NCBI GenBank assembly: GCA_963790475.1
Contig: CAWBOS010000012.1
Location: 1,472,001 to 1,536,000, forward strand
Length of the DNA stretch: 64,000 bases
From: an uncultured delta proteobacterium
GTDB lineage: Bacteria > Desulfobacterota > RBG-13-43-22
Reading direction: 5' to 3'
Shown: positions 43,586 to 54,080 of the stretch, piece by piece
Layout: every line of letters starts with the position of its first letter
Numbering within the stretch: position 1 is the stretch's first letter
The notes under the pieces: model-generated
What the model saw: the letters and a program-made list of their open reading frames with translations, nothing else
Database searches by the model: none
Told to the model about the DNA's origin: nothing
Position numbers and translations under genes: made by a program

Positions 43586-44562
43586 TGTTGAACTATATCA
43601 TCCGACGTGTGCTCTATGCCCTTCCGATCCTGATCGGAGTCAATATCATCACCTTCAGTCTGTTTTTTGTGGTCAATACCCCGGACGATATGGCCCGTAT
43701 CCATCTGGGGGTGAAGCGGGTGACGCCGGAAGCTGTTGCCAAATGGAAACAGGAGCGGGGTTACGATAAGCCGCTTCTGTTCAATTCTTCCGCTCCGGGT
43801 ACGGCCAAAGTGACCGATACCATCTTTTTCGAGAAATCGATCAGGCTGTTTGCCTTTCAATTCGGCCCGGCCGATGACGGACGCGACATCGCCTATGAAA
43901 TCAAGACCCGTATGGGACCGAGTCTGGCTATCGCCCTGCCCGTGTTTCTGCTGGGGCTGGCCTGCTATATCTCTTTCGCCCTGATGATGGCCTTTTTCCG
44001 GGCCACTTACCTGGATTTCTGGGGAGTGGTGTTGTGCGTGGCCATGATGTCCATTTCCAGTCTGTTTTATATTATCGGCGGTCAATACCTGTTGAGCAAA
44101 CTCTGGAACCTGGTGCCGATTTCCGGGTACGGCACAGGGATTATAGCCGTTAAATTTCTGATTCTACCGGTGTTGATCGGGGTGGTGAGCGGAATCGGCT
44201 CCGGTGCCCGCTGGTATCGTACCATCTTTCTGGAGGAAATCGGCAAGGACTATGTGCGCACCGCCAGGGCCAAGGGTCTGTCGGAATGGCGGGTCATGTA
44301 CAGACATGTCCTTCAAAATGCCATGATCCCCATCCTGACCGGGGCGGTGGTGGTCATTCCGGTCCTTTTTATGGGAAGCCTGATCACCGAATCCTTCTTC
44401 GGTATCCCGGGGCTTGGCAGTTACACCATCGATGCCATCAACTCCCAGGATTTTTCGGTGGTCCGGGCCATGGTTTTTCTGGGTTCGGTGCTTTACATTA
44501 TCGGACTTATTCTGACCGACATTTCCTATACGCTGGTTGATCCGAGGATACGACTGGAATAG
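43585..44562 (+). CDS. ABC peptide transporter permease (OppB/DppB-like)
   Basis: DYVRTARAKGL, ITESFFGIPGLG, DPRIR motifs. Confidence 0.92.
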   Translation: MLNYIIRRVLYALPILIGVNIITFSLFFVVNTPDDMARIHLGVKRVTPEAVAKWKQERGYDKPLLFNSSAPGTAKVTDTIFFEKSIRLFAFQFGPADDGRDIAYEIKTRMGPSLAIALPVFLLGLACYISFALMMAFFRATYLDFWGVVLCVAMMSISSLFYIIGGQYLLSKLWNLVPISGYGTGIIAVKFLILPVLIGVVSGIGSGARWYRTIFLEEIGKDYVRTARAKGLSEWRVMYRHVLQNAMIPILTGAVVVIPVLFMGSLITESFFGIPGLGSYTIDAINSQDFSVVRAMVFLGSVLYIIGLILTDISYTLVDPRIRLE

Positions 44563-44636
44563 CTGATAGCTCTTAGCTGATAGGTACAAAAAAGTTTTTT
44601 CTTCATCCTTTAAACTGTGACAAAGTCGTAACAGGT

Positions 44637-44706
44637 CGTCACCCCGGAGAAAACCGGGGTCCAGAAGTTTTTGTTTAAATTCCTGGATTCCGACTTTCGT
44701 CAGACG
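44637..44706. repeat. REP-like palindrome flanked by heptamer repeats (agctgat / ctatgag)
   Basis: cgtcaccccggagaaaaccggggtccag..ctggattccg. Confidence 0.75.
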
Positions 44707-44781
44707 AAAATGGGCGACTTTTTACTTGCTATCACTATGCGATTTAAACAATGAGCTGACCGCTATGAGCTATGAGGTAAT

Positions 44782-46260
44782 ATGATAATCATGAACTTCA
44801 AACCGATCATACTCTGGACCGATGCTCTGATTGCCGTTTTGCTTTTGGCCGGATTGGCTTACGGCTGGACGATATTGAGACACGAGCACCTGCTGGCCCC
44901 CTGGAAACGGGTAATCCGAAACACGAGCGGCCTGGTGTCCATGATCGTGCTGACCGTGTTTCTGGTAATCGGTTTGCTCGATACCCTGCATTTTCGCCCG
45001 GCCATGGAAACCCAAAAAAACGGCGAGAGGGCTTATGCGGTGGAGGTCTTAAGCCTTTTGGATCTGATGGTCGGTCCCTTAAGGCAGCATACCGAAAAAA
45101 CGTATTCCGCCCCTTTGGCCGCCCATCTTTTTTCCAAAGAAACCGTCGAGCTTCCCGACGGGCGGCAGGCGCGGATTTTCCCACGCCTGGTTTACGGTGG
45201 AGCCCATCTGAAAAATCCCGATCAGGATAAGGACGGTGATATAGCTAAACGCGGGATCTTCGGTTTAATCCTGGCCCTGGTGTTATGGGGCCTGGCAGCT
45301 AGTGTTTTGCTCGGGATCCTGGCCCGCCGCCGAAAAATCGGCCTGGCCTCATGCCTAAAGGGCGTATTCCGTGGTCAAGAGGAAATTCCCTGGAATGCCG
45401 CTTTATGGACCTTGCTGGGCCTTTTTCTGTTGGCTGTGCCCATTACCGTTCTCAGCCTCAAATATCACGTTTTCGGCACCGACAAGGTGGGACAGGACGT
45501 GCTTTATCTGGCCTTGAAGAGCATACGTACCGGCCTGGTCATCGGGACCCTGACCACAATGGTGATGCTGCCCTTTGCGGTTTTGCTCGGAATCATGGCC
45601 GGGTTTTTCCAGGGGTGGATTGACGATATCATCCAGTACGTCTACACCACCCTGAATTCTATTCCCGCCGTACTGCTGATTGCCGCGGCCGTTTTGATGA
45701 CCCAGGTTTACATGGATAGCCATCCCGAACTGTTCGAAACCGCCAGCGCCCGGGCTGACCTGCGCCTGTTGTTTTTGTGCCTTATTCTTGGCATCACCAG
45801 TTGGACCGGACTGTGCCGCCTGATGCGGGGGGAATCGTTAAAGATCCGGGAGATGGAATATATACAGGCGGCGCAGGCCTTCGGCGTTTCCGATTTCAAG
45901 ATCATTATTCGACATATCCTGCCCAACGTCATGCACATCGTGCTGATCGCCCTGGTCATGGATTTTTCAGGCCTGGTACTGGCCGAGGCCGTATTGTCCT
46001 ACGTGGGGGTCGGCGTGGATCCCTCGATGATCAGTTTCGGCACGATGATCAACAGTGCCCGTCTGGAAATGGCCAGGGAGCCGATGGTCTGGTGGTCCCT
46101 GTCCGCCGCCTTCGGCTTTATGTTCCTGCTGGTGTTGTGCGCCAATCTGTTTTCCGATGCGGTACGGGACGCCTTTGACCCGCGGGTCCAAACCCGGGCG
46201 GTACGGCTGCAGCTCTTTCGGAAACGTCCGCCGGCCGTGGCGAAAGGGAAGCCTTCATGA
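44782..46260 (+). CDS. ABC peptide transporter permease (OppC/DppC-like)
   Basis: GTDKVGQD, EYIQAAQAFG, RHILPN, DAVRDAFDPR motifs. Confidence 0.92.
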   Translation: MIIMNFKPIILWTDALIAVLLLAGLAYGWTILRHEHLLAPWKRVIRNTSGLVSMIVLTVFLVIGLLDTLHFRPAMETQKNGERAYAVEVLSLLDLMVGPLRQHTEKTYSAPLAAHLFSKETVELPDGRQARIFPRLVYGGAHLKNPDQDKDGDIAKRGIFGLILALVLWGLAASVLLGILARRRKIGLASCLKGVFRGQEEIPWNAALWTLLGLFLLAVPITVLSLKYHVFGTDKVGQDVLYLALKSIRTGLVIGTLTTMVMLPFAVLLGIMAGFFQGWIDDIIQYVYTTLNSIPAVLLIAAAVLMTQVYMDSHPELFETASARADLRLLFLCLILGITSWTGLCRLMRGESLKIREMEYIQAAQAFGVSDFKIIIRHILPNVMHIVLIALVMDFSGLVLAEAVLSYVGVGVDPSMISFGTMINSARLEMAREPMVWWSLSAAFGFMFLLVLCANLFSDAVRDAFDPRVQTRAVRLQLFRKRPPAVAKGKPS

Positions 46261-48304
46261 GCACACCCTTACTGGAAATCGATCGTTTAATAACCCGGCT
46301 GATCACAGACAGCGGTGTGATTAGAGCTGTGGACGGCCTGTCTCTGTCCATTAATCACGGGGAGACCTTCGCCCTGCTGGGGGAATCGGGTTGCGGCAAG
46401 TCCATGACTGCCCTTTCCATTATGCGCCTTTTGCCGGAGGCAGGTCTTATCCTTGGCGGCAGCATTCGGCTGGAGGGCCGTGATCTATTAGCCATTTCGG
46501 AATTGGAAATGCGTAACGTTCGGGGCCGACATATCGGTATGGTTTTCCAGGAACCGATGCTGAGCTTGAATCCGGTCATGACCATCGGGAACCAGGTGGA
46601 GGAAATTCTCATTCAACACCTCAAACTGCCGGGTGAGGAGGCCAGGAAACGTGCTCTGGCCCTGCTGGAGGCGGTGGGTATTCCCGATGCGGCCCGACGC
46701 AGCGGCTATTATCCCTTCCAATTTTCCGGAGGCATGAAACAGCGGGTGATGATCGCCATGGCCTTGGCTTGTGAGCCGGCCCTTTTAATCGCCGATGAAC
46801 CCACCACGGCACTCGATGTCACTACGCAAGCCCAGGTCCTTGATCTGTTACGGCAAATCCAGAGTCAGAGCCGCATGTCGATACTGCTCATCACCCATGA
46901 TCTCGGAGTGGTTTCAGAAATGGCCCACCAGGTGGCGGTGATGTATGCCGGCGAGGTGGTGGAAACGGCTGACCGCCAGCGGTTCTTCACCCATCCGGCC
47001 CATCCTTATTCAAGAAAACTCTTTGAATCCCTGCCCATGCGAAATAAACGGGGCGAGCCCCTGGCCATGATCAAGGGCAGCGTGCCACCCCTTACCAGGG
47101 AATTTTCAGGCTGCCGTTTTGTCGAACGCTGCGATTTTAGCTGGGATCGTTGCCTTTCCCGGGTGCCCCAATGGAACCAATGGGAGCCGGGTCGCTTTGT
47201 GAGATGCCACCTTTATGAAAATCAGGCGAGAGGCGAGAGGCAAGAGGACAAGGGCAAAGAGCAAAGGGCATGGAGCATGGGGGAGGGGGAGGGCGGCAAA
47301 GAAAGAGAGACGGGATTTGCGGCGCAAGATGCGAAAACACCTACACCCCTTCTGAAAGTGGAAGATTTGAAAGTTCATTTTCCAATCCGCAAAGGCCTCC
47401 TGAAGCGTACGGTGGGGTCCATCAAGGCCGTGGACGGCGTATCCCTTTCGGTTCCCATCGGAAGGACCCTGGCCCTGGTGGGGGAATCCGGCTGCGGCAA
47501 GACCACTCTGGGCAAGGGTATTCTCCGCCTCATCCCCCTGACCGGCGGTTCGGTTTGGTTTCAGGGAAAAGATCTTTCGTCTCTGTCCTCCGCGGAACTA
47601 AGGCCGCTGCGCCGGGAGTTTCAGATCATCTTCCAGGACCCCTACGCCTCGCTCAATCCCCGCCTGCGGATTGCGGAAATCATCGAAGAGGGTATGGCGG
47701 CCCTCGGCATCGGGACCGGCTCCGGCGATCGGATGATTCGTATCGACCGCTTGCTGGAGGAGGTCGGTTGTCGGCGTCGATCAAATTTCGCTATCCTCAT
47801 GAGTTCTCGGGAGGGCAACGTCAGCGAATCGCCATCGCCCGCGTCCTGTCCGTGAATCCTAAACTCATCATTTGCGATGAGCCGACCAGCGCGCTGGATA
47901 TTTCGGTACAAGCCCAGATCCTGAATCTGCTCAAAGAACTGCAGGACAGGCACGGTCTGGCCTATCTATTCATCACTCATAATATTTCCGTGGTCGAGTT
48001 TCTGGCCCACGAGGTGGCGGTGATGTACCTGGGGCGCATTGTCGAGCGGGGAACAGTAGAAGAGGTCTTGGACCATCCGAAACATCCCTATACCCAGGCG
48101 CTCCTTTCGGCCGTACCGTCGATCGATCCTAAAACCAAACGGGAGGTGATTCGTCTGCAGGGGGATCTGCCTTCCCCGGCTGATCCGCCACCCGGCTGCC
48201 ACTTCCATCCCCGCTGCCCTGAGGTCATGCCGAAATGCAGAGTGATCTACCCGGGTCAAAGCCGTTTCAGTGACACCCATTCCACGCACTGCCATCTGTA
48301 TTAG
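46257..48304 (+). CDS. Fused OppD/OppF-type double ABC ATPase with a 1-nt frameshift at ~47769
   Basis: Two GESGCGK Walker A motifs; the second signature ([17 protein letters not shown]) is in the next frame. Confidence 0.85.
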
Positions 48305-48356
48305 GATTATGGAGAGTTAAGGGGGATTGATATTATTGATGAACTCGTAAAAAGTT

Positions 48357-48434
48357 GTCACCCCGGTGAAAACCGGGGTCCAGAGGTTTTTAACTATTTA
48401 AAATTCCTGGATTCCGACTTTCGTCGGAATGACG
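48357..48434. repeat. REP-like palindrome
   Basis: gtcaccccggtgaaaaccggggtccag..ctggattccgactttcgtcggaatgacg. Confidence 0.8.
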
Positions 48435-48658
48435 AAAACAGGCTTCCGGTGGCTTTTTGCGAATCCGTCAATATTACCCAAGTGCAATTATTAAATTGCC
48501 TTTTTGCCACAGGAAAAACAGTCAAGAACAACAGACAAAACCTGATAAGCCTGCTATCGCTACATAAAGATTAAAAAGTTGCTTTTTAGTCGGATCAATA
48601 TAAAATTAAAGCTAAAAAGGGTGTTGAATGAAACGATGAATAGGAGACCGAAAAAAAA

Positions 48659-49420
48659 ATGTTCAAGAAGAGTATTTGGTTTTGGATACCGATTATCTGT
48701 TTATTCTTATTGTTGTTTTCCCGGCCAAGTGGGGCTATCGGCCTGGAGGCGGCCATCGGCCTCTCGTATCAGGATTTTCAGGGAGGTGTCGCCTATAAAG
48801 GAGATTCCCTCGATTTAAACAATGATTTGAGATTTAGTCGTGCTACCCAATTCTTTGGCCGGCTTAAAATTGATACACCCCTCGTTATCCCCAGTTTTTA
48901 CCTGATGGCCACGCCCATGAGCTTTGATGGAACGGCGACCGACAACCTCTCCTTTACCTTCGGGGATCAAACATTCAATGCCGGCATCCCTTTTTCATCG
49001 ACGTTAAGACTTGATCATTATGATTTGGCTTTGTATTACGGATTGCCTTTTGTAAAACAGGCTACGCTGGGGCGGATTAATATTGAGGCAGGATTGAATA
49101 TACGACTCTTTGATCTGAAAACAGAGATAACCCAGATGGGCAAATCGGAATCCGAGAGTTTTAATCTGCTTGTGCCAATGGCTTATCTTGGGCTCCAAAT
49201 CAAACCAACGAGTTTCCTTTCCCTGGAAGGAGAATTTCGAGGGGTTGCCTACAATAGCGATCATTACTATGATCTGATCGGCCGGGTCAAATACTATTTT
49301 GTCAAGTTGGCCTATGTCAGTGCCGGATACCGCCATGAAGAAATTTCCATGGACCAAAGTGATATAAAATTGAATGTCCGGTTTAGCGGACCTCAGGTAG
49401 AAGTAGGATTTCAATTCTGA
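48659..49420 (+). CDS. Outer-membrane beta-barrel protein (TIGR04219-like)
   Basis: Signal peptide, alternating beta-strands, DLALYY, AGYR, terminal Phe. Confidence 0.78.
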   Translation: MFKKSIWFWIPIICLFLLLFSRPSGAIGLEAAIGLSYQDFQGGVAYKGDSLDLNNDLRFSRATQFFGRLKIDTPLVIPSFYLMATPMSFDGTATDNLSFTFGDQTFNAGIPFSSTLRLDHYDLALYYGLPFVKQATLGRINIEAGLNIRLFDLKTEITQMGKSESESFNLLVPMAYLGLQIKPTSFLSLEGEFRGVAYNSDHYYDLIGRVKYYFVKLAYVSAGYRHEEISMDQSDIKLNVRFSGPQVEVGFQF

Positions 49421-49462
49421 AAAACTACCTTTTCCCATAGGCGCCGTCCCTATTTTAATAAT

Positions 49463-49624
49463 TTGTCAAGATAATGTTTATCATTTATAATGGGTTAAGT
49501 AAAATCCGGAGAGGTTAAATAATCAGGCGTCCTTCTATCAAAGACCAAAGATTCCTTTTTCCCTTCCTAAAGGGTTCCTTTGGGGAGAAAAGTTATAAAA
49601 ACATCTTAAAGTAACTGGTTAGCG
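49463..49624 (+). promoter_or_regulatory. Promoter plus attI-like module, copy 1
   Basis: TTGTCA-17-TATAAT; ends gtaactgGTTAGCG. Confidence 0.6.
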
Positions 49625-49656
49625 AGGAGGAAATATGGGAGTATGGAGGTAAGTAA

Positions 49657-49857
49657 ATGACAAGAATTGAAGAAATTGAAAATACGGTTGCCTCGTTGCC
49701 GGTAGAAGAATACCGGAAATTTCGAGAATGGTTCCTGGAACGTGACTGGGCGCAATGGGATAGACAGATTCAAGCCGACTCGGAGTCAGGGAAATTGGAC
49801 TTCTTCGTGAAAGAGGCCATGGAAGAGAAGAACCGTGGTAAGTTGAGAGATTTGTGA
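49657..49857 (+). CDS. Putative antitoxin
   Basis: WDRQIQADSESGKLD motif; overlaps the toxin start. Confidence 0.7.
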   Translation: MTRIEEIENTVASLPVEEYRKFREWFLERDWAQWDRQIQADSESGKLDFFVKEAMEEKNRGKLRDL

Positions 49858-50105
49858 TCCATCGCACAACCCGCCGTTTTTGGGACTGCTATCGGTCGTT
49901 ATCATCACAGACGAGAGAATTAGCTGACAAGAGCTTTACTCTTCTGCGCGAAGACCCTCGGCATCCCTCACTTCATTTCAAGAAGGTGGGGAAGGTCTGG
50001 TCTGCCAGAGTAGGTGCTGGCCATCGAGCTTTGGCTGTGCTCGACGGTCAGGACTATATCTGGGTGTGGATCGGGACACACGACGAGTATGAACGATTGA
50101 TATAA
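49854..50105 (+). CDS. ParE/RelE-like toxin
   Basis: [30 protein letters not shown]. Confidence 0.85.
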   Translation: MIHRTTRRFWDCYRSLSSQTRELADKSFTLLREDPRHPSLHFKKVGKVWSARVGAGHRALAVLDGQDYIWVWIGTHDEYERLI

Positions 50106-50152
50106 ATGCCAAACTGTAAATCCTACTAGAAATGGGGACATCCCCATCATTA

Positions 50153-50330
50153 TTATTCATCACACACAATATTTCCAGCTTCAGGGGGACCTGCCGTCCC
50201 CGGCCGACCCGCCCCCTGGCTGTCACTTCCATCCCCGATGCCCCGAGGTCATGCCGAAATGCCGGACGATTTACCCGGCCCAAAGCCGTTTCACCGACAC
50301 CCATTCCCTGCACTGCCATCTGTATGATGG
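50153..50330 (+). pseudogene. Diverged, internally deleted duplicate of the ABC ATPase 3' end
   Basis: LFITHNIS joined to [33 protein letters not shown]. Confidence 0.85.
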
Positions 50331-50397
50331 TTTGGAGGGGTGATTGATATTAAACATAGCGATATAAATTATTACCTTTAAATCCAATGCTCCCTTC

Positions 50398-50450
50398 CGT
50401 CATGCCGGACTCGATCCGGCATCCAGAGGATTCTAACCACTGGATTCTGG
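50398..50450. repeat. REP-like palindrome (partial)
   Basis: cgtcatgccggactcgatccggcatccag..ctggattc. Confidence 0.7.
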
Positions 50451-50462
50451 CTAGAAATTAAT

Positions 50463-50623
50463 TTGTTATGAGAATATTTATAGTTTATAATAGGTTATCT
50501 AGATTTTGAAAGGGTTCTCGTGCTATTGGATGTCCAACAATAGCCAAAGATCTTTGTTTTCATCCCCGAAGGGGTACCTTGAGGAGGGGAGTTGTACAGA
50601 AACAATAAAATAACTTGTTCTTC
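50463..50623 (+). promoter_or_regulatory. Promoter plus attI-like module, copy 2
   Basis: TTGTTA-17-TATAAT; ends aataacttGTTCTTC. Confidence 0.65.
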
Positions 50624-50645
50624 CATTGAAAATAAAGAGGAGGAC

Positions 50646-50834
50646 ATGATGCAAATTAACGACAAAAAAACGAACAAGAGTTCCCTTAGATTTCCATACC
50701 CACATGGCAAGCCCGTTGAGTGCCCACATTGCGGCGAGAAGTTCGAACTTAAACGTCTTTCTGAAGCAACTGGTTATTTTGAATGTTTAAATCCGAATTG
50801 TAGAAAGACCTTTCATGTAAAGAAGGACCATTAA
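50646..50834 (+). CDS. Small zinc-ribbon protein
   Basis: GAGGAGG RBS; CPHC..CLNPNC. Confidence 0.65.
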   Translation: MMQINDKKTNKSSLRFPYPHGKPVECPHCGEKFELKRLSEATGYFECLNPNCRKTFHVKKDH

Positions 50835-50868
50835 TACTATATGCCTCGTTTCTTAATTTCTTATTAAA

Positions 50869-50928
50869 CTTGAACAAGCCAAAATCAGCCGACGCAAAAA
50901 GCCGCGCGGCTGATTTGCAGCGTTAGTC
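50869..50928 (+). repeat. attC-like site
   Basis: ..GAAC, stem aaatcagccg/cggctgattt, ends GTTAGTC. Confidence 0.7.
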
Positions 50929-50957
50929 GCTGTTTCATTCCTTACCAAGGAGACGAT

Positions 50958-51239
50958 ATGAATGTTTTATTAGATGATTTAGAAACAGAATGGAAGAAAG
51001 TTCCAGAATACAAAGATGTGGAAGCTGAATATTGGGTTCCTGGGCAGAACCAAATAGAGAAGTGCCCAAATGGATGTGAACTGGTAATTTATGAAGGTAA
51101 TCCTGTAAAATGGGACCGGGTATCGGGCCGTGATGCTTATCGCCAGACAAGGATATGTAGGAAACATGGTTTTGCACGAATTTATGTTATAACCGGCCCT
51201 GCCGCATTGGCTACAAAGTGGAATCCACAGAATTCATAA
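50958..51239 (+). CDS. Hypothetical cassette protein (CPNGC..CRKHG)
   Basis: AAGGAG RBS directly after the attC-like site. Confidence 0.65.
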   Translation: MNVLLDDLETEWKKVPEYKDVEAEYWVPGQNQIEKCPNGCELVIYEGNPVKWDRVSGRDAYRQTRICRKHGFARIYVITGPAALATKWNPQNS

Positions 51240-51316
51240 AAAGCCATGAGGATTGTCATTAATTATATAAGAAACTTTAGAATAACTTGTTCGGCTTACT
51301 AAGCGGGGTACGAGGT

Positions 51317-51697
51317 ATGATCTTTGAGACGTACTATTGGAGATTGGAATTGGGACGTCTTTCGCGCGTACTGCATCGTCACATTACACAGCGCCGGTGG
51401 CGTACATCATCTGATGCATCGGTCGAAAAATGTATAATGCTAGGCTTCTATTCAGTTCGCAAACTGCTTGACGCATTTCAGCCGCCTCCGAATATGGCGT
51501 TTCAATTAACTGTCACAACGTCCCCCTTTTTTGGCGATCATTACTATGATCTGATCGGTCGGGTCAAATACAATTTTATTAAGTTGGCCTTCGTTAGTGC
51601 CGGATACCGCCATGAAGAAATTTCCATAGACCAAAGTGATATAAAACTGAATGTCAGGTTTAGCGGACCTCAGGTAGAAGTCGGATTCCAATTCTGA
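51317..51697 (+). pseudogene. Truncated cassette gene fused in frame to a duplicate of the beta-barrel gene 3' end
   Basis: 51534-51697 closely matches 49257-49420 (DHYYDLIGRVKY..VEVGFQF*). Confidence 0.8.
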
Positions 51698-51760
51698 AAA
51701 CCAGGGGGAGAGTTATCCCCACGAAAAGTGAATTAATAGACGCTGTTGTCCCTATTTTCA

Positions 51761-51890
51761 GATCCAAAAACCAAACGGGAGGTGATCCATCTTCGGGGGG
51801 ATATGCAGTCCCCGGCCGACCCCCCGGCCGGCTGCCATTTTTATCTCCGCCGCCCTGAAGTCATGCCGAATTGCAAAGTGATCTATCCGG
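51761..51890 (+). pseudogene. Second diverged duplicate of the ABC ATPase 3' end
   Basis: [39 protein letters not shown]. Confidence 0.82.
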
Positions 51891-51902
51891 TTGGAAAATA
51901 AT

Positions 51903-52063
51903 TTGTTTAGACAATGTTTATCATTTATAATAGGTTTCCTGGAATTTGAAAGGGTTGTGGTGCCTTTGGACGTCCATCAACAGCCAATAGTCTTTGTTAG
52001 CATCCTCGAAGGGATACATTGAGTTGGGGAGTTAGAAAAAAACTTTAGAATAATTTGTTAGGG
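51903..52063 (+). promoter_or_regulatory. Promoter plus attI-like module, copy 3
   Basis: TTGTTT-17-TATAAT; ends aataatttGTTAGGG. Confidence 0.65.
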
Positions 52064-52072
52064 ATTGACTTC

Positions 52073-52735
52073 ATGGAAAAGCAAGCGTGGGACATTTCCT
52101 GCACAAAGGAAGAATTTGAAAAGATAAAATCAGACGAATGTTTCATTGGATTGCTTACTTTGGGTAGGGTCGTGAACGCTTTGCGTTTTTGCCAAAAGCC
52201 TGCAAGAGACGCTAAAGGTGGCTCTGACCCTTCAAGTGCTCGCTCTATGATTAACTCTTTTTTATTCGCAAGCTCAGTTTTATACGAAGGGTTTCTGCTG
52301 GTTGAAAAATTGGTCAGGCAATATAAAGATCGTGATTCATTCAAAGATGGTTTTGGAGCTTTGTTAAGAGACGACTTGGTTACATCTTTGAGAACATCAG
52401 TTCTAAAAAGAGCAAGGAATAAATTTATTTTTCATTTCGATAGGGATGTGTCGAGAGAAGCACTACAATATTTTGATATGGCAACTATTAAATTTGCATC
52501 AGGGGTTGGGAAAGCCACTGGTGAAATGTATTTTGGTTTGGCTGATGAACTTGCGATGAATTACTTGTTACAGCCAAAAGAAAATGAATCTAATGAGTCT
52601 TTGATGCAACGATACGCAAAAATCGTGAAGGACACTACCTCTATTATGGGACAATTTACCAAATCCACAGAAATTCTTATGGCAGATGTGTTGAAAGATA
52701 TGGGGTTTGTTGTCAAGAACGCTGCGCGTCCCTGA
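52073..52735 (+). CDS. Hypothetical helical protein with a HEPN-like RNKFIFH motif
   Basis: AT-rich ORF with an R-N-x4-H motif. Confidence 0.6.
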   Translation: MEKQAWDISCTKEEFEKIKSDECFIGLLTLGRVVNALRFCQKPARDAKGGSDPSSARSMINSFLFASSVLYEGFLLVEKLVRQYKDRDSFKDGFGALLRDDLVTSLRTSVLKRARNKFIFHFDRDVSREALQYFDMATIKFASGVGKATGEMYFGLADELAMNYLLQPKENESNESLMQRYAKIVKDTTSIMGQFTKSTEILMADVLKDMGFVVKNAARP

Positions 52736-52880
52736 CATCTCTGTAGATGATCATCTGTGGCTGCTCAGCGTTTGCACCTCAATACCATCGGATGCAGCAG
52801 ACAATCCCGCCGGCAAGCAAGCTTGCCTCCGGTCTTGCTCCCGTTCCCCAGTCATTAGGCTTAACGAGAGGAGAACAAAT

Positions 52881-53675
52881 ATGGGACTTCTCGACAATCT
52901 AAGAAGAAACATGCCAGGGGGGCCAAGAAATATTGCTAAGCACTTATTGAAATACTACTTGGCTGATATAACAAGGTTTCCCTATTTAAATTCAAAAGAA
53001 ATATTCAAAAAGATGTTGCAGGATCGTTATGCAGTTATAAAGAAGATGAGTGCTGACGATATAATGAAAATTGTTTCAAAGACTGATACTTTGGTTGAAC
53101 TTACATTAGAAGTTATTGCATATGAGCATCCTGCCGCAATGAATTCGCACTATCAAAAAGAAACCTGTGACGATATCTTTGACTTCTTTAAAGAGAACGT
53201 ACCTCAGGAGTTTGAAAGATTTATCAATAAGGTTAATGCTACAGAAAATCAGGACAATTATGAATTCGGGATTCGGAAATCTGCCCCCATACCTATAAGG
53301 CCACCAATATCCAAAGAAGAGGCATTTGTCGAATGGATGTTACGTTATGATGAAGATACCCTGCTATTTCGACAAATGATTTCAGATGAGAACTTAGATC
53401 ATGTTGTAACGAGCACTACAAAATTGATAATCCGAGAAGTGAACGATAATCCAAGTGGCGAAATGCTAATGGATAGATTAGGTACTATTAGGGAGTTTTG
53501 TCAAACATCTCTAAAACCAATCATTGAAAAAAGAAGGGGCATAGAATTTTGCCCCGAAGAAATACAAATCGTATTTCTCGCCTGCCTAACAAAGATGTCA
53601 ATATTGCCGTATTTCGTAAAGTACAAATATAATGTACCAGTTCCAGAAGGGTTTCTCCCGCTTAAAGAATTATAA
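52881..53675 (+). CDS. Hypothetical cassette protein
   Basis: GAGGAG RBS before MGLLDNL; AT-rich; preceded by a degenerate attC-like element ending ATTAGGC. Confidence 0.7.
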   Translation: MGLLDNLRRNMPGGPRNIAKHLLKYYLADITRFPYLNSKEIFKKMLQDRYAVIKKMSADDIMKIVSKTDTLVELTLEVIAYEHPAAMNSHYQKETCDDIFDFFKENVPQEFERFINKVNATENQDNYEFGIRKSAPIPIRPPISKEEAFVEWMLRYDEDTLLFRQMISDENLDHVVTSTTKLIIREVNDNPSGEMLMDRLGTIREFCQTSLKPIIEKRRGIEFCPEEIQIVFLACLTKMSILPYFVKYKYNVPVPEGFLPLKEL

Positions 53676-53870
53676 CTGATAACGTGCGGCATGCAACCGG
53701 AGGGGTCTCGACCTACTGCTGTGGAAGCCGGGGTCAAATCTTTATCTTTACATTTAGAAATATTTATTGTGTTGGATAAGCCATGATAAGAACCTTGAGA
53801 ATCCAATATCCTAATACGTATTATCTTGTGACCTGCTGCGAAAAAAGGGACGTTGATAAAATATCACTTT

Positions 53871-54080
53871 ACAGATAGTGAATGTTGGGATCAGGTTTCG
53901 GTTCGAATCAACTGGGGTCTGATGCTGCAAAAAATCAAATGGAAAGACTTCAATGAAACACGGATGCTGATTGGATCGGCTATTCTTCTCTTCTTTTTGA
54001 CAGGCCTCTTTCTGCAGGCGCCGGCGTATGCCGAATCCTGTGAAAAGGTCGTTCATGCGGTCAATATGCGGCTCTCGGCC
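53871..54080 (+). pseudogene. Diverged 5' fragment (with upstream region) of the barnase-like gene
   Basis: AYAESCEKVVHAVNMRLS is identical to the 56323 gene; frameshifted start. Confidence 0.85.

Noticed and set aside
51287-51697. 136-aa ORF as a real novel fusion protein
   Set aside because: It is a truncated cassette gene joined to a duplicated barrel C-terminus; no signal peptide or complete barrel
48140-51890. Duplicated gene 3' ends as DGR template/variable repeats
   Set aside because: Mismatches are mostly synonymous rather than adenine-specific, and no reverse transcriptase gene is in the window
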